A DNA stretch of 64,000 bases from Felis catus (taxonomy: Eukaryota), in contig NC_058368.1 of NCBI RefSeq assembly GCF_018350175.1, forward strand, positions 184,266,001 through 184,330,000. Reading direction: 5' to 3'. The translations under genes and the position numbers were made by a program. This document shows positions 25,602 to 38,171 of the stretch, in pieces. Below the pieces are notes generated by a model. It ran no database searches and was not told where the DNA came from. It was given only the letters and a program-made list of their open reading frames with translations. Numbering within the stretch: position 1 is the stretch's first letter; each line of letters begins with the position of its first letter.

Positions 25602-27005
25602 TTTTTTTTTATTTTTATTTTTTATATATATAAATTTATTGACAAATTGGTTTCCATACAACACCCAGTGCTCATCCCAAAAGGTGCCCTCCTCAATACC
25701 CATCACCCACCCTCTCCTCCCTCCCACCCCCCATCAACCCTCAGTTTGTTCTCAGTTTTTAACAGTCTCTTATGCTTTGGCTCTCTCCCACTCTAACCTC
25801 TTTTTTTTTTTCCTTCCCCTCCCCCATGGGTTCCTGTTAAGTTTCTCAGGATCCACATAAGAGGGAAACCATATGGTATCTGTCTTTCTCTGTATGGCTT
25901 ATTTCACTTAGCATCACATCTCCAGTTCCATCCACGTTGCTACAAAAGGCCATATTTCATTTTTTCTCATTGCCATGTAATATTCCATTGTGTATATAAA
26001 CCACAATTTCTTTATCCATTCATCAGTTGATGGACATTTAGGCTCTTTCCATAATTTGGCTATTGTTGAGAGTGCTGCTATGAACATTGGGGTACAAGTG
26101 GCCCTATGCATCAGTACTCCTGTATCCCTTGGATAAATTCCTCGCAGTGCTATTGCTAGGTCATAGGGTAGGTCTATTTTTAATTTTCTGAGGAACCTCC
26201 ACACTGCTTTCCAGAGCGGCTGCACCAATTTGCATTCCCACCAACAGTGCAAGAGGGTTCCCGTTTCTCCACCTCCTCTCCAGCATCTATAGTCTCCTGA
26301 TTTGTTCATTTTGGCCACTCTGACTGGCGTGAGGTGATACCTGAGTGTGGTTTTGATTTGTATTTCCCTGATAAGGAGCGACGCTGAACATCTTTTCATG
26401 TGCCTGTTGGCCATCCGGATGTCTTCTTTAGAGAAGTGTCTATTCATGTTTTCTGCCCATTTCTTCACTGGGTTATTTGTTTTTCGGGTGTGGAGTTTGG
26501 TGAGCTCTTTATAGATTTTGGATACTAGCCCTTTGTCCGATATGTCATTTGCGAATATCTTTTCCCATTCTGTTGGTTGCCTTTTAGTTTTGTTGGTTGT
26601 TTCCTTTGCTTTGCAGAAGCTTTTGATCTTCATAAGGTCCCAGTAATTCACTTTTGCTTTTAAGTCCCTTGCCTTTGGGGATGTGTCGAGTAAGAGATTG
26701 CTACGGCTGAAGTCAGAGAGGTCTTTTCCTGCTTTCTCCTCTAGGGTTTTGATGGTTTCCTGTCTCACATTTAGGTCCTTTATCCATTTTGAGTTTATTT
26801 TTGTGAATGGTGTGAGAAAGTGGTCTAGTTTCAACCTTCTGCATGTTGCTGTCCAGTTCTCCCAGCACCATTTGCTAAAGAGACTGTCTTTTTTCCATTG
26901 GATGTTCTTTCCTGCTTTGTCAAAGATGAGTTGGCCATACGTTTGTGGGTCTAGTTCTGGGGTTTCTATTCTATTCCATTGGTCTATGTGTCTGTTTTTG
27001 TGCCA
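25602..27005 (-). mobile_element. Young 5'-truncated felid L1 (1.4 kb)
   Basis: Perfect TSD tcgctcaagatttta at 25587-25601 and 27006-27020; poly(T) at the left end; ORF2 C-terminus. Confidence 0.97.
25914..27005 (-). pseudogene. L1 ORF2p C-terminal fragment
   Basis: Frame is open from 27005 ([17 protein letters not shown]...) into the listed 306-aa ORF and ends after a 1-bp deletion near 25918. No promoter or authentic start. Confidence 0.92.
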
Positions 27006-27052
27006 TCGCTCAAGATTTTAAAAGGTGAGAATTTTCCTTCCATAATCAAAGA

Positions 27053-27221
27053 GGGGTTCTTGGGTGGCTCAGTCAGTTAAGTGTCCAACTTTAGTTCAGG
27101 TCATGATCTCCTGGTTTGTGGATTCAGGCCTGCTTCGGATTCTGTTTCTCCCTCTCTCTCTGCTCCTACTCCACTCGCACTCTGTCTTTCCCTCTCAAAA
27201 ATAAATAAACATTAAAAAAAA
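27053..27221 (+). mobile_element. Can-SINE with internal deletion
   Basis: ggggttcttgggtggctcagtcagttaag head joined directly to gcctgcttcggattctg; A tail. Confidence 0.9.
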
Positions 27222-27982
27222 GCTTCAAATAATTGTTTAAGTGGATTTGGGCTAAATTCTCTTGTTCTCACAAACAATAAAATATGGTATACTAGACTTA
27301 AATATATTTAATGGATATTTTTATTCTTTCAAAATCAGTAGTTAAAATTTTGGGTAATATCCACAAATATTTTATCACAGTTGCCAACACATCTCAGCCC
27401 ATTAGTTGGGAGCACTTATTAAATGAATGCTAAATATTGCATATGTCACACAGAGTATAGAATTATAACAGATATAGGAATCACTCTAATAGCAAGAGAA
27501 CACATGTGTGTTTTATAATGGTTGTGCATTTTTAATGCGCAATCTCATACATCCAGATGAACTGGCATTGAGCTATGTCTGATGTGAAAAATACACACAA
27601 GCTAGACAGAAAAATTAACCTCAGTAGAAGGGCAAACCACTGTTTTCCTTTATCATATCATACTGTCCTTCTAGGCCCAAATCCTCTTTGTGACTTGCAT
27701 GCATGTGACTCCTTTTCCATCCTGTAGCACAGACAGGCAAAATGGCATAGGGCTTATGGGGAAATAAATCACATGTAGCATTTCCTCCCTGAAATGTAGT
27801 CTGCTATGCATCAAAAAGCTTGTTAAAAAATCTTTATAGAGATGAGTCTAGAAACAAATAGTCAAGTTTGTTGATGAGAGAATAAGGGTTTTTGTCATAA
27901 GGAAAAATCCTTATCCTTTCTCATGCATTGGCCCATGTATGTTTGTTTCTACAGTTGCCTCACATATGGGCAATGCATTAGA

Positions 27983-28290
27983 GTATATCCACTTTCTTTT
28001 GCTACATAACAAATCATCCTAAAATGCAGCACCTGGAAGCAACAGAGATTTATTCTCAGGATTCCAAGAGGGCAAAATGAACCATTCAATGTCTTATAAG
28101 GCCTAGCTTTTGAAGACCCTCAGCATACTTCTGTGTCCTTCTCTTGCTCAAAGCAAGTCACAGGATCTCTCTAGATTGCAGACAAGAGGGCACAGACTCC
28201 ATTTCTTGATGGGAGGAAAGGAAAAGCAGCATTGTAAAGGAGCATGTGTGTTACAAGGAATTTTTGCAGTTGTCTTTGCAAACAGTTCAC
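27983..28290 (-). mobile_element. Old MLT1 (J/K-like) MaLR LTR
   Basis: ttgctacataacaaatcatcctaaaa and caaagcaagtcacagg ... agactccatttcttgatgggagga. Confidence 0.65.
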
Positions 28291-28989
28291 ATCAAGAGTT
28301 CATTTAGAGACGAGGCTCTCCTATACTACTGATTGCATCACTGTTGTGATGAAATGCTTGACATTTTAAGGTGACAAAGCCTGCTGGACAAATGATCTGC
28401 TCATATTCCATAGTTCAATAAATCACAATTTATCTTAAGATTTTCTTTGGTATTATTTTAAAAATTAGATTTAGAGCATGTTTTCAGACAATACCCTCCG
28501 AAATGGGAACAATAGTGAAGCACTCCAGGGCTAAGCCCCAGCACCAGCCCCCATTTTTTCCCCCTGAATACTAACAGTTAAGGGGGAAACTCGTAACTAA
28601 GCTGTTAGTTCTCAAGTTCACTGCAAAACTCTGGAATTCCAGAAGTGCATGATGATTCAAAAATCTTCAGGAAAATTAAGCAATAAAAGTAGAACTAATA
28701 GTGGTTAAGGCTACACTGCCCAGGAGTTCCTCAAAATTTTCCAGCTCACATTATAAACAAGAGATGAACCGAGAAAAGTTACATAAACTCATTTAAGGTC
28801 GGGACTAGAAAAAAGGCAGCCTGAATATCATTACTCCAAGGAGTTCAGCACTAGAGAAACTTATATTGCTTGTCCCAATTATAGCAACTGATTATTTATT
28901 TTGTATATGTAATTTTATTTGTATATCTATAGCAAGCACCATGTTTCTTAGCATGGCCCCTAGACCTCAGAAAGCTTACTTGTTTTATG

Positions 28990-29100
28990 AGTATGTGTGT
29001 ATATGTGTATACATACAAATGTAAATATATAGAGATATATGTGTACACATATATATGTAAATCTATCTATATACAGATATAGATATATACATAGAGAGAG
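28990..29100. repeat. Degenerate (TA)/(TG)/(GA) low-complexity tract
   Basis: Seen directly. Confidence 0.8.
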
Positions 29101-29924
29101 AAAAAAAAAGGGGGGAAGGAGAGAGATGGCTTTTTGATGCAGACATTACATTTTGGGTAACTGCATTAATAGTACCACTTTTCCCATTAAGGAATGTTTT
29201 CATACATATATAGTGGCAACCTGCATATTCAGTAAGTCGTCTACAAATCCTTTAATTTTTTTTTTATTTGAAGTGGTCTTGGAGCAAAGAGCTGAGAGAT
29301 ATCACCTCAAACCTATTTTTTTTAAATTGAACCAAATATTTCACCCAAATGAGCACCCTTTCCAAGACTTCAGAATCCCCACTTTCCTCTTGTTCTCACA
29401 TTAAACCTCATACAGAACAGCTAGGGGCTTACAAAACAATTTCACAAGCACTGTCGCACTTAATTCTCACAATAATGCTCTAAATAGTATCGCCCTCATT
29501 TGATGAAACATAATTTCAGAAGTATTACAATGACCTAATCAATATGAAACGGCTATTGAGTTATGAATCTGCGACTGAACTATAGATTATTCTACAGTAC
29601 AGTTTTTCCTTTAAACATCTCCCACATGTGCCTTATTTTTTTTTGTTTCCATAGTTATTAAAATAGACCCATGTCTGGTTCACCTCATTTTGTAATAATA
29701 TTCAGCCTCTGTTGACTATCTTTTATGCACCAGGCACTCTCCCAGATATTGATGATGTAATGATGAGTTTCACAGGCTCTATGGTTGTAAACAGCTCAAA
29801 GTCTAATGACTACCATATCAGGCTCAGTTGTTTATTTTTTTCCAGGTTCTTCTTCCAAACCATCTTCAATGCCACTGGCTGATGAAGTCTCCTCCTCCAG
29901 TAAACAGGCAGCCCACTTTTATTA

Positions 29925-30130
29925 AATGCTAACTATATTCCAGTGCTTTAAATGCATTAGCTGATTTAGGTTCACCACAACCCTAAAAGATGGGAAGTAT
30001 TTTTATTTTTTTTTACAGATGCAGAAATTAAGGCAGATATATACACATACACACCCCCTCCCACATAATTATAAGGGTATATTTTGAACCAGGAGGTGTG
30101 ATTCCAGAATGTATACTCTTAATCACTTCT
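29925..30130 (-). mobile_element. MIR
   Basis: cacaaccctaaaagatgggaagtatt ... tttacagatgcagaaattaaggcaga ... tttgaaccagg. Confidence 0.7.
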
Positions 30131-33001
30131 CTAAAATGTCTCTCAAAAACCGAAAACTTTATTGTGTCACTCTTTTGATTAATTACAAAGAAAGGTTCCT
30201 TGTTCCCAGTGTTAAGTCCCCAGTTTTTCAGCTTGTTTCTGTTATTCCCCTAGCCATCTTCCTTGTAACCTACTTTGACTGTTTCCCTGCCTAACAACTT
30301 GTCTCCACATAGTTTTCTTTCTTTCCCCAAACTGTCTCTCCTTTGGTCATGCTATTCCTTGCGCATAAAATCTGCCCTCCATACCCACACTCCCAGTCTG
30401 CCTTTTAAAAAATTCTGCCCACCTTTGAAATTTTATGTCTCTGAAGCTTTGTTCACATCTGTATCTCCAAATTACTAAAATGCACTGTTATTACAGAGAG
30501 ATTGTTCCAAAAAAATAGGACAATTTCGGGTTCAGTGACTTGTTTATCTCTATTTTTCATGTTTGCTTACTTATGTGTCCAAATAAAGTCTTGGCTTGCA
30601 TGAACACGTATCACATAAACTAGCATAACGTTGAGTATTATGAGTATTAATATTGTTTATGGATTAATCAAAATATTTCATAAATTACTTTTAGGAAAAA
30701 GACAAATGCCTGCAAAATATTTAAATGAAATAACAAATACAAAAACTCCGAAGTTTTGTGTGTGTTTTTTTTTTTGTTTTTTACAAAATGGATTGCTTGT
30801 AAGAGAGAATGTTCATGATTTTGAATAAGCAAAGTCATTTATCCAGTTAGTTCAGGTACTAATATATTGTTGAGTACAAAAAAGAGAAACTTTAAGGCTA
30901 CTAAATTTCCAATTGGTTGTCTACATTGATTAAAAGGGAAAGGTAATTTAGCTTTCACCTCTGTGACATTCATGTGTTTTCTAGTGAAATTACTCAGTTG
31001 GACTCAATAGAGATTTATAACTCATTTCCGATACCTAGCCAAACATAGTAAATTTACTAACTAGAAACACTGGCATGTTGACCCCTAACCAAGATATGTG
31101 AAAATTCTCTCATTTCATTTCATTTCATTTTCCAGCAACCTGGTTTTTTTTAATGCTGTATGATTTCTGAAGCACAGGGCTGAAATGTAAACTTTCCCTA
31201 TAGTGTAAGGTTTAAATCTTAATTTGTTCAAGTCTTTCCCAGAAGCGTGACACATTCAGGTACTCATATTGGTATGATCTATCTAATTTTACCTTACTGC
31301 AATTCTAATGATTTCTCATTTTAAATTTAAAACATCCCATTAGTTTCTGGCATCAAGGGAAAATTCTAGAAGACCTGCTTGACCAGCAAAATAACCATTT
31401 TGAAATAGAATGATTAAGAACCAAACAAAGGGCTTTATCTAGCTAGCTTAATTGAAACTGATGAATAATATGCAATGCATAAAGGGGAAATGAGGGTACA
31501 CAACCTCACTAACTCAAGGGTTTGGTAATGAAGGAGATGTTCTTTCTTCATTCAGATTCAGTTTGGAAGTTGTCAACTTTTGAAGATAGGCAGGGTAATT
31601 TTAAAAGAGTAAATTGGTGAAGGCTCTCCATTTTTTAGTGGCCAACTATCATCAGAACTTAATTTGGTAGGCTCTATTTCCAGCAACTATTAAATAATTA
31701 ACCATAAAATGTCAGTCATGATTGTGATTTTGGTAACAATAGATGACTGTCAAAGCTTTCATATTCTCTGAAACTTTGACATCTGCAAACAGAAGGGGAA
31801 ATGATACAGTTTGGCCATATGATTGTTAATTGCATTTTATCTGAAAATGTTTTTATTAAATCATTAAACTAGACCTCGATTCTTTAGTCTACCAAAGTGT
31901 ATGGATTCCCAAAAATGGTCCTGACATGTTAAGCATTATTTACTTATGTTTATTTATTTATTTTCCTAATCCCATCAGCAAAAGCATGAAATAAGTATTA
32001 TTATTTGTTTTACATTTTACTGAGGTCATGAGCAGTTCTGACTTAGAAAAGTCAGTTGATGATGACAATAATACAAACAACAAAATACGAACAAATTGTA
32101 GGATTTGATATGATTTTATAATCTTTCCTCAAAACTATACACTTCCTATTACACTACAACTGCATATTTTCCAAATAATCAAACATGTTGAAGTCAGATT
32201 TAAGTAGGTTTTATCTGAATTGAAAATTCTGAAGGCATACAGCAAACTTCTTTTTCAACTGTAAAAATTATAAAAATTCATCTCATCAAAATTTTACTTA
32301 ACCTAGGCAATGTATCTTGTTCAGGAACTAGGGATTTTCCTTAAACACATCTTTAAGTTTACACTTGAAAAGGAAAGTTTCAAGATATAAACTCTTGCCA
32401 GTTCTTGGTAGCTTAAGTATTACATGAATAGTTTTTTTCATCTCTTTCAAAGAAGACATGGTCTCTTCATTGAAAGCTGGGTTGGAAGCATTTCTGAGAA
32501 ACTTTAAGGCCTGTATCAGGCACAAATTGTTTTCTGTATCCAAACTGATCATAACCAAGAGTTTCATTCTGGAAATATTTCCTGTCAGGACAAGCATTTT
32601 TTTCACAGCATATTTTTGGTTGTTGTGACAGCAGTGAGTAAAAAAACACTTTTGATGCATCTGTATAAAATGGTATATAAAATTTTTCTCCCAAAAACAT
32701 TTGCTTATGAAGGAAGAGGTGACTTCATGCCAATATAAACTGGCATGGTGGAAATGATTCTGACCTCTATTTTACTGCCACTTCATCTCCACTACTCAGA
32801 CACAGACTGCCTACGCAAAATCAAATAAAATATGCAAACAGGCTCAGACGTGAGTCCAACAGGGTTTGGCACTGGAATGATAAAATAATCAGGTCATTTA
32901 AAATCTCAATTTAGGGCTGTACCTTTGGGTGGAATCAGCTGAAGAGTATCCATGCACAAATTTCATCAGACATTTATTGGACACCTATTATGTGCATATA
33001 C

Positions 33002-33207
33002 CAGGGGTCAGCAAACTTTTTTGCTAATTCTTTTTGGTTTTCAAGACATATGATGTATTTCACAGCTACTCAACAGTGCTATTATACCATAAAAGCAGAT
33101 CAAAGTAATATATAATAATTATTATGCTGTGTTACAGTAAAACTTTATTTATAAAAACAGGTAGCAGGCCAAATTTGCGCAGGGAGCTGTAGTTTTGCTG
33201 ACCCCTG
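33002..33207. mobile_element. MER58A-like hAT MITE
   Basis: Perfect 14-bp TIRs caggggtcagcaaa (33002-33015) and tttgctgacccctg (33194-33207); internal aaaactttatttataaaaacaggtagcaggcc; degenerate 8-bp flanks gcatatac / acacaaac. Confidence 0.88.
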
Positions 33208-34755
33208 ACACAAACCTTTGAGACACAATAGAATTAATAAGTGACAAAAATGTAATTAAAGAGCTCACACTACCAAAAATTGGTAGAATGAAATAGATTA
33301 TTTCAGTAATGTTGTAGGATATAAAATCAATATACAACATCAATTGTGTTTTTATATATCAGAAAACTATCAGAGAGAGAAATTAAGAAAGCAGTGTCAT
33401 TTTTAAATAGCATTAAAAAGAATAAAATACTTGTGAATAAATTTAACCAAGTAGGTGAAAGATCTCTACACTGAAAACTGTAAGACACTGATGAAAGAAA
33501 TTGAAGACATAAATAAATGGAAAGATGTTCCAAGCTATGGATTTGGAAGAATCAATGTTGTTAAAATGTCCACTACCCGAAGCGATCTACCAAATTATCT
33601 ACAGATTCAATGCATTCCCTATCCAATGGCATATTTTCACAAAAATACAACAATCCTAAAAATGCACATGGAACCACAAAAGATCCCAAATAGCTAGAGC
33701 AATCTTGAGAAAGAACACAGCTGGACGCATTATTCTGATTTCACACAATATTATAAAGCTATAGTAATAAAAACAGTACTGTCACAAAAACAGACATAAG
33801 TCAATGGAACAGAATGGAAAGTTCATAAATAAGACCGTGTATATAAGTCAATTAATTTACAACAAAGGAACCAAGAATATACAACAGGGAAAGATAGTTT
33901 CTTCCATACATGGTGCTGGGAAAACTGGACAACAACATGCAACAGAATAACACTGAACCCGTATAACAAAAATCAACTCAAAATAGATTAAAGACTTGAA
34001 CATAAGACCTAAAATTATAAAACTCCTAGAAGAAAATAGAGGAGGTGAGCTCCTTGACATCAGTCTTTGCAATGATTTTTTGGATTTAACACCAAAGCAG
34101 AGGCAACACAAGCAAAAATAAGTAAGTGGGACCACATCAAACTAAAATGCTTCTTCACAACAAAGTAAACCATCAATAAAATGAAAAGAAACCTATGGAA
34201 TTGGGAGAAAATATTTGCAAACTACATCTCTGAAAATGGTTAACAGTAAAAATAAACAAGGAGCTCATACAACTTAATAGCAAACAGAACAAAACAAAAC
34301 AAAACTACCCAAATAGCCCAGTTAGAAAATCGGCAAAAGATCTGAATAGACATTTTTCCAAAGAATACAAACAAACGGTCATGAGGTACATGAAAAAGTA
34401 CTCACCATCAATAACTATCAGAGAAATGCATATCAAAACCACAATGAAATATCACCTCATACCTATTTACTATCAAAAAGACAAGAGATAACAAATGCTG
34501 GCAAGGATATGGAGAAAAGGGAATCCTTTTACACTGTTGGTGGGAATGTAAACGTTTGGAGCCAGGATGGAAAAAAGTATGGAAATTCCTCAAAAAATTA
34601 AAAATAGAACTACTATTGATCCCACAGTTCCACTTCTGGGTATCTACCCAGAGGAAACAAAATCATGATCTCAAAGAGGTATCTGTAGTCCGTGTTTATT
34701 ATAGGATTATTAATAATAGCCAAGACATGGAAACAAACTATCTGTAGAGAGATGA

Positions 34756-34757
<2 letters not shown>

Positions 34758-34794
<37 letters not shown>
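34758..34794. repeat. (AC)n microsatellite inside L1
   Basis: Seen directly. Confidence 0.97.
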
Positions 34795-34800
<6 letters not shown>

Positions 34801-34958
34801 CACAATGTAAAATTATTCAGCTTTAATAACAAAGGAAACCCTGTCATTTATGACAACATGAGTGAACCTGGAGAGTTTTGCGCTAAGTGAAATAAGCCAG
34901 ACAGAGGAAGACAAATGCTGCATGGTATCTCTTATACATAGACTGTTAAGGAAAAAAA

Positions 34959-34961
<3 letters not shown>

Positions 34962-35029
<68 letters not shown>
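34962..35029. repeat. Compound (AT)n(AC)n microsatellite inside L1
   Basis: Seen directly. Confidence 0.97.
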
Positions 35030-35034
<5 letters not shown>

Positions 35035-35525
35035 TAGTTGAACTCATAGAAAAAGAGCAGAAAACTGGTTGCCAGGAGACTGGTAAGGAGTACCAACTTT
35101 TAGTGGTAAGATGAATATGGTGTGAGGATCTAATGTATAACACAATGGTCACAGTTGATAACACTGCACTGTATAATTGAAAATTTGCCAAGACAGTAAA
35201 ATTTAAACATTGTCACCCAAAAAAAGAAGAAAAAAGTTAATATGTGAGGTGATGGATTAATTGTGTTACTTAAGTCACTGTACACATATGGCAAATCATC
35301 ATGTACACTTTAAATAAGTTACAATTTTTTTGTCAATCATATTTCAATAGAGCTGAAAAAAATAAAGAGCTTACAGTTAGAGAGAGTGATAATCTTATAC
35401 CTTGAAATAGGAGAATCATAAAATGATACAATAAAGTTGCAACAAGTGCTATACAGAGCACAGAAAATAATAGAAAATTATGCTGGCTCTTGAAGGGTGA
35501 TTAGGATTTTACCCTGGCTATTTTA

Positions 35526-35527
35526 TT

Positions 35528-35570
<43 letters not shown>

Positions 35571-35779
35571 TGTATGTATGTTTATTTATTTCTGAGACAG
35601 AGAGAGACAGAGCATGAGTGGGGGAGGGGCAGAGAGAGAGGGAGACACAGAATCAGAAGCAGGCTCCAGACTCTGAGCTGTCAGCACAGAGCCTAACGCG
35701 GGGCTCGAACTCACTAACCGTGAGATCATGACCTGAGCCGAAGTCGGACGCTCAACCGACTGAGCCACCCAGGCGCCCC
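35526..35779 (-). mobile_element. Young Can-SINE (SINEC_Fc) with (TTTA)n tail
   Basis: CpG-rich; perfect TSD taccctggctatttta at 35510-35525 and 35780-35795. Confidence 0.97.
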
Positions 35780-36465
35780 TACCCTGGCTATTTTAACTGG
35801 CCATTGGGGTAGAAGTAAACTCTACATATTGAGACTAGCATCGACAAAGGGACCAATAAGGTAAAGTGCGACAGGCTGGAAAAAGCAAGGAGTCAAGTAT
35901 AATTAAAGCAATAGGACCTTTAAGGGACTGTTAATAAGAGAGGCTAGAGAAGAATGCATCTCAGGGCCATGTGGTCAGTCCTTGAATAGTACCTTGGAGG
36001 TTTAGATTTGCTGCTTTAATTGATGGCACATTCTAAGTTCAGAAAGAAGGTAACTTTTTTATAATGATTATTCATTATTAATTTGTTAGTTTATCTTTTT
36101 TTCAATGGTCCACTCCATTTTTCATTTGGCTTGTAGTTTACCCTTGTATTCTTTATAAATTTCACTTTGCGTGGAAACATTTTTCTTACTTTTTGTTGTG
36201 TATTCCTCCTCCAAATCAGTAGCATCTCATATCTTAGACCCTGATATCACAGATGTATGTCCATTACTTCACTCTTTATGAAGTCCAATTTATATCCCAA
36301 GACTTACTTTGGTTCAAGTAGTGCTTAGTATTATAATTTTTCTTCAAGAGATTATAAACGGGGGAAAATAATATTATAATGTGTTTTTCTAGCCATCAGC
36401 CCTAATTTTCTATTCCACTTAATAGGAAAATCGAGTTGATCAATGCCCCCCATTGAGGAAAAAAG

Positions 36466-36605
36466 TATATATACATATATATATACGTATACGTATATAT
36501 ATATACATATATATACGTATATATGCGTATATATATATACATATATATACGTATATATGCATATATATATACACATATATATACGTATATATGCGTATAT
36601 ATATA
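36466..36605. repeat. Alternating purine-pyrimidine TA-rich repeat with a 34-bp period
   Basis: Units begin at 36506, 36540 and 36574. Confidence 0.92.
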
Positions 36606-36811
36606 AACAAACATATATTGGTGTGTTTTATCCTTTGATCATTAATAAATCTTACCTTCAGTCAGAAGAAAGATTTATGTATTCTAAAAAATGAAGAAAT
36701 GGTAACTTGATCACAATAAGAATTTTTTCTTTAGTTTCAAAAGGTTTGATAGTTTTTTTGTGGTTTGTTCCCCCCATAATGATGTGTTTTTTCTGCTCTG
36801 CTGTTCTTTCT

Positions 36812-37021
36812 TTTCTTTTAATGTTTAGCTATTTTTGAAAGAGAGAGAAAGACAAAGTGCGAGTGGGGGAGGGGCAGAGAGAGGGAGACACAGAATCTGA
36901 GCAGGCTTCAGGCTCTGAGTTGTCAGCACACAGCTCCATGCAGGGCTCAAACCCACAAAAGGAGGGATCATGAGCTGAGCCGAAGTCAGACACTCAACTG
37001 ACTGAGTCACCCAGGCACCCC
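36812..37021 (-). mobile_element. Can-SINE
   Basis: TSD tctgctgttctttct at 36797-36811 vs tctgctgtcctttct at 37023-37037. Confidence 0.94.
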
Positions 37022-37492
37022 ATCTGCTGTCCTTTCTAATAGTTTTTCTAAGTTGATCCCTACCCTCTCAAAAATACCACTCGTTCCTACCCATAACTGC
37101 CTAGATATTCCTGTGGCTGAAAAGAAGTTCAATGATGGTACCACATCTGTTTGTTGCACCTACTTGAGGATCATTTGTTCTGAGATATGGTGTAGCCACA
37201 TAAGATTTCTTGGATCATCTCATGGCCAATAAGGACTATATTAACCAACTATTATTTCTTCCAGAAATCAGAAATTATCCATGTATTGATAGGAGCCAGG
37301 TATTTATATAACATGATTGATTTGCTTCTTCTTGAATTTTTCCCATAGCTCATCAAATACTTGCAATGTTTCTCACATAGGGATCAAAAACAATAATAAT
37401 CTTGTAGCATTTTTAGGACTGTATATTGGAAGCATACAATAAATATTACTCCCCTTCTCCTCCTCTAAACATTTTATATATCCAAGAATTGA

Positions 37493-37715
37493 GGGGCGCC
37501 TGGGTGGCGCAGTCGTTAAGCGTCCGACTTCAGCCAGGTCACGATCTCGCGGTCCGTGAGTTCGAGCCCCGCATCAGGCTCTGGGCTGATGGCTCAGAGC
37601 CTGGAGCCTGTTTCCGATTCTGTGTCTCCCTCTCTCTCTGCCCCTCCCCCGTTCATGCTCTGTCTCTCTCTGTCCCAAAAATAAATAAACGTTGAAAAAA
37701 AATTAAAAAAAAAAA
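37493..37715 (+). mobile_element. Very young Can-SINE (SINEC_Fc)
   Basis: Many CpGs intact; B box gagttcgagcc; TSD aagaattga at 37484-37492 and 37716-37724. Confidence 0.97.
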
Positions 37716-38131
37716 AAGAATTGAAATAAGTTGATGATAATATGGTGACACTTTATATTCATTAAATAGTTGAAGAATACAGAAAACTGAATATATACTA
37801 TGGATATCTGCACATGAAGAATGACTAGTTGGTATAAATTACAGATACCTTTGGCCAAAATAATTGTGCAATGTAGTCTAGCTGAGTATATGTCATAATC
37901 TTTATCAACTATTCTCCTCTTCAGCAAAGGATAATTATATTTTTTATTAAAAACCAGAAATATGAGCTAGTTCATAAAACACTACCAAGTATAATTAATC
38001 AGTTTTAGGATCAGTAAATATTCTCTTTTTTTTGAACATCTAGAAGGGGATAATAGAATTGTATAGACAAATTTTTCTTTAAAACTGATAATACCTAAAA
38101 TATCTCAAGACTGACTCACTGTGACTCTGTA

Positions 38132-38171
38132 AAGAAAAAAAACAAAAAACAAAAAACAAAAAACAAAAAAC
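38132..38171. repeat. (AAAAAAC)n-type A-rich repeat
   Basis: Seen directly. Confidence 0.85.

Larger units (their letters stand above)
33270..35362 (+). mobile_element. Older 5'-truncated L1 (L1MA/L1_Carn-like), decayed ORF2 3' half and 3' UTR
   Basis: [37 protein letters not shown] taaagagctcaca at 33257-33269 vs taaagagcttaca at 35363-35375. Confidence 0.92.
32962..36030 (-). mobile_element. Fragmented L2 hosting later insertions
   Basis: L2 tail cagacatttattggacacctattatgtgc at ~32967-32995; L2-like sequence resumes at 33215-33269, 35376-35510 and after 35795. Confidence 0.55.

Noticed and set aside
32328..32660. 110-aa minus-strand ORF as a host exon
   Set aside because: No recognisable homology; length is compatible with chance and no convincing donor site is evident.
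36352..36694. Tyr/Ile-rich ORFs
   Set aside because: Translations of the TA-rich repeat.
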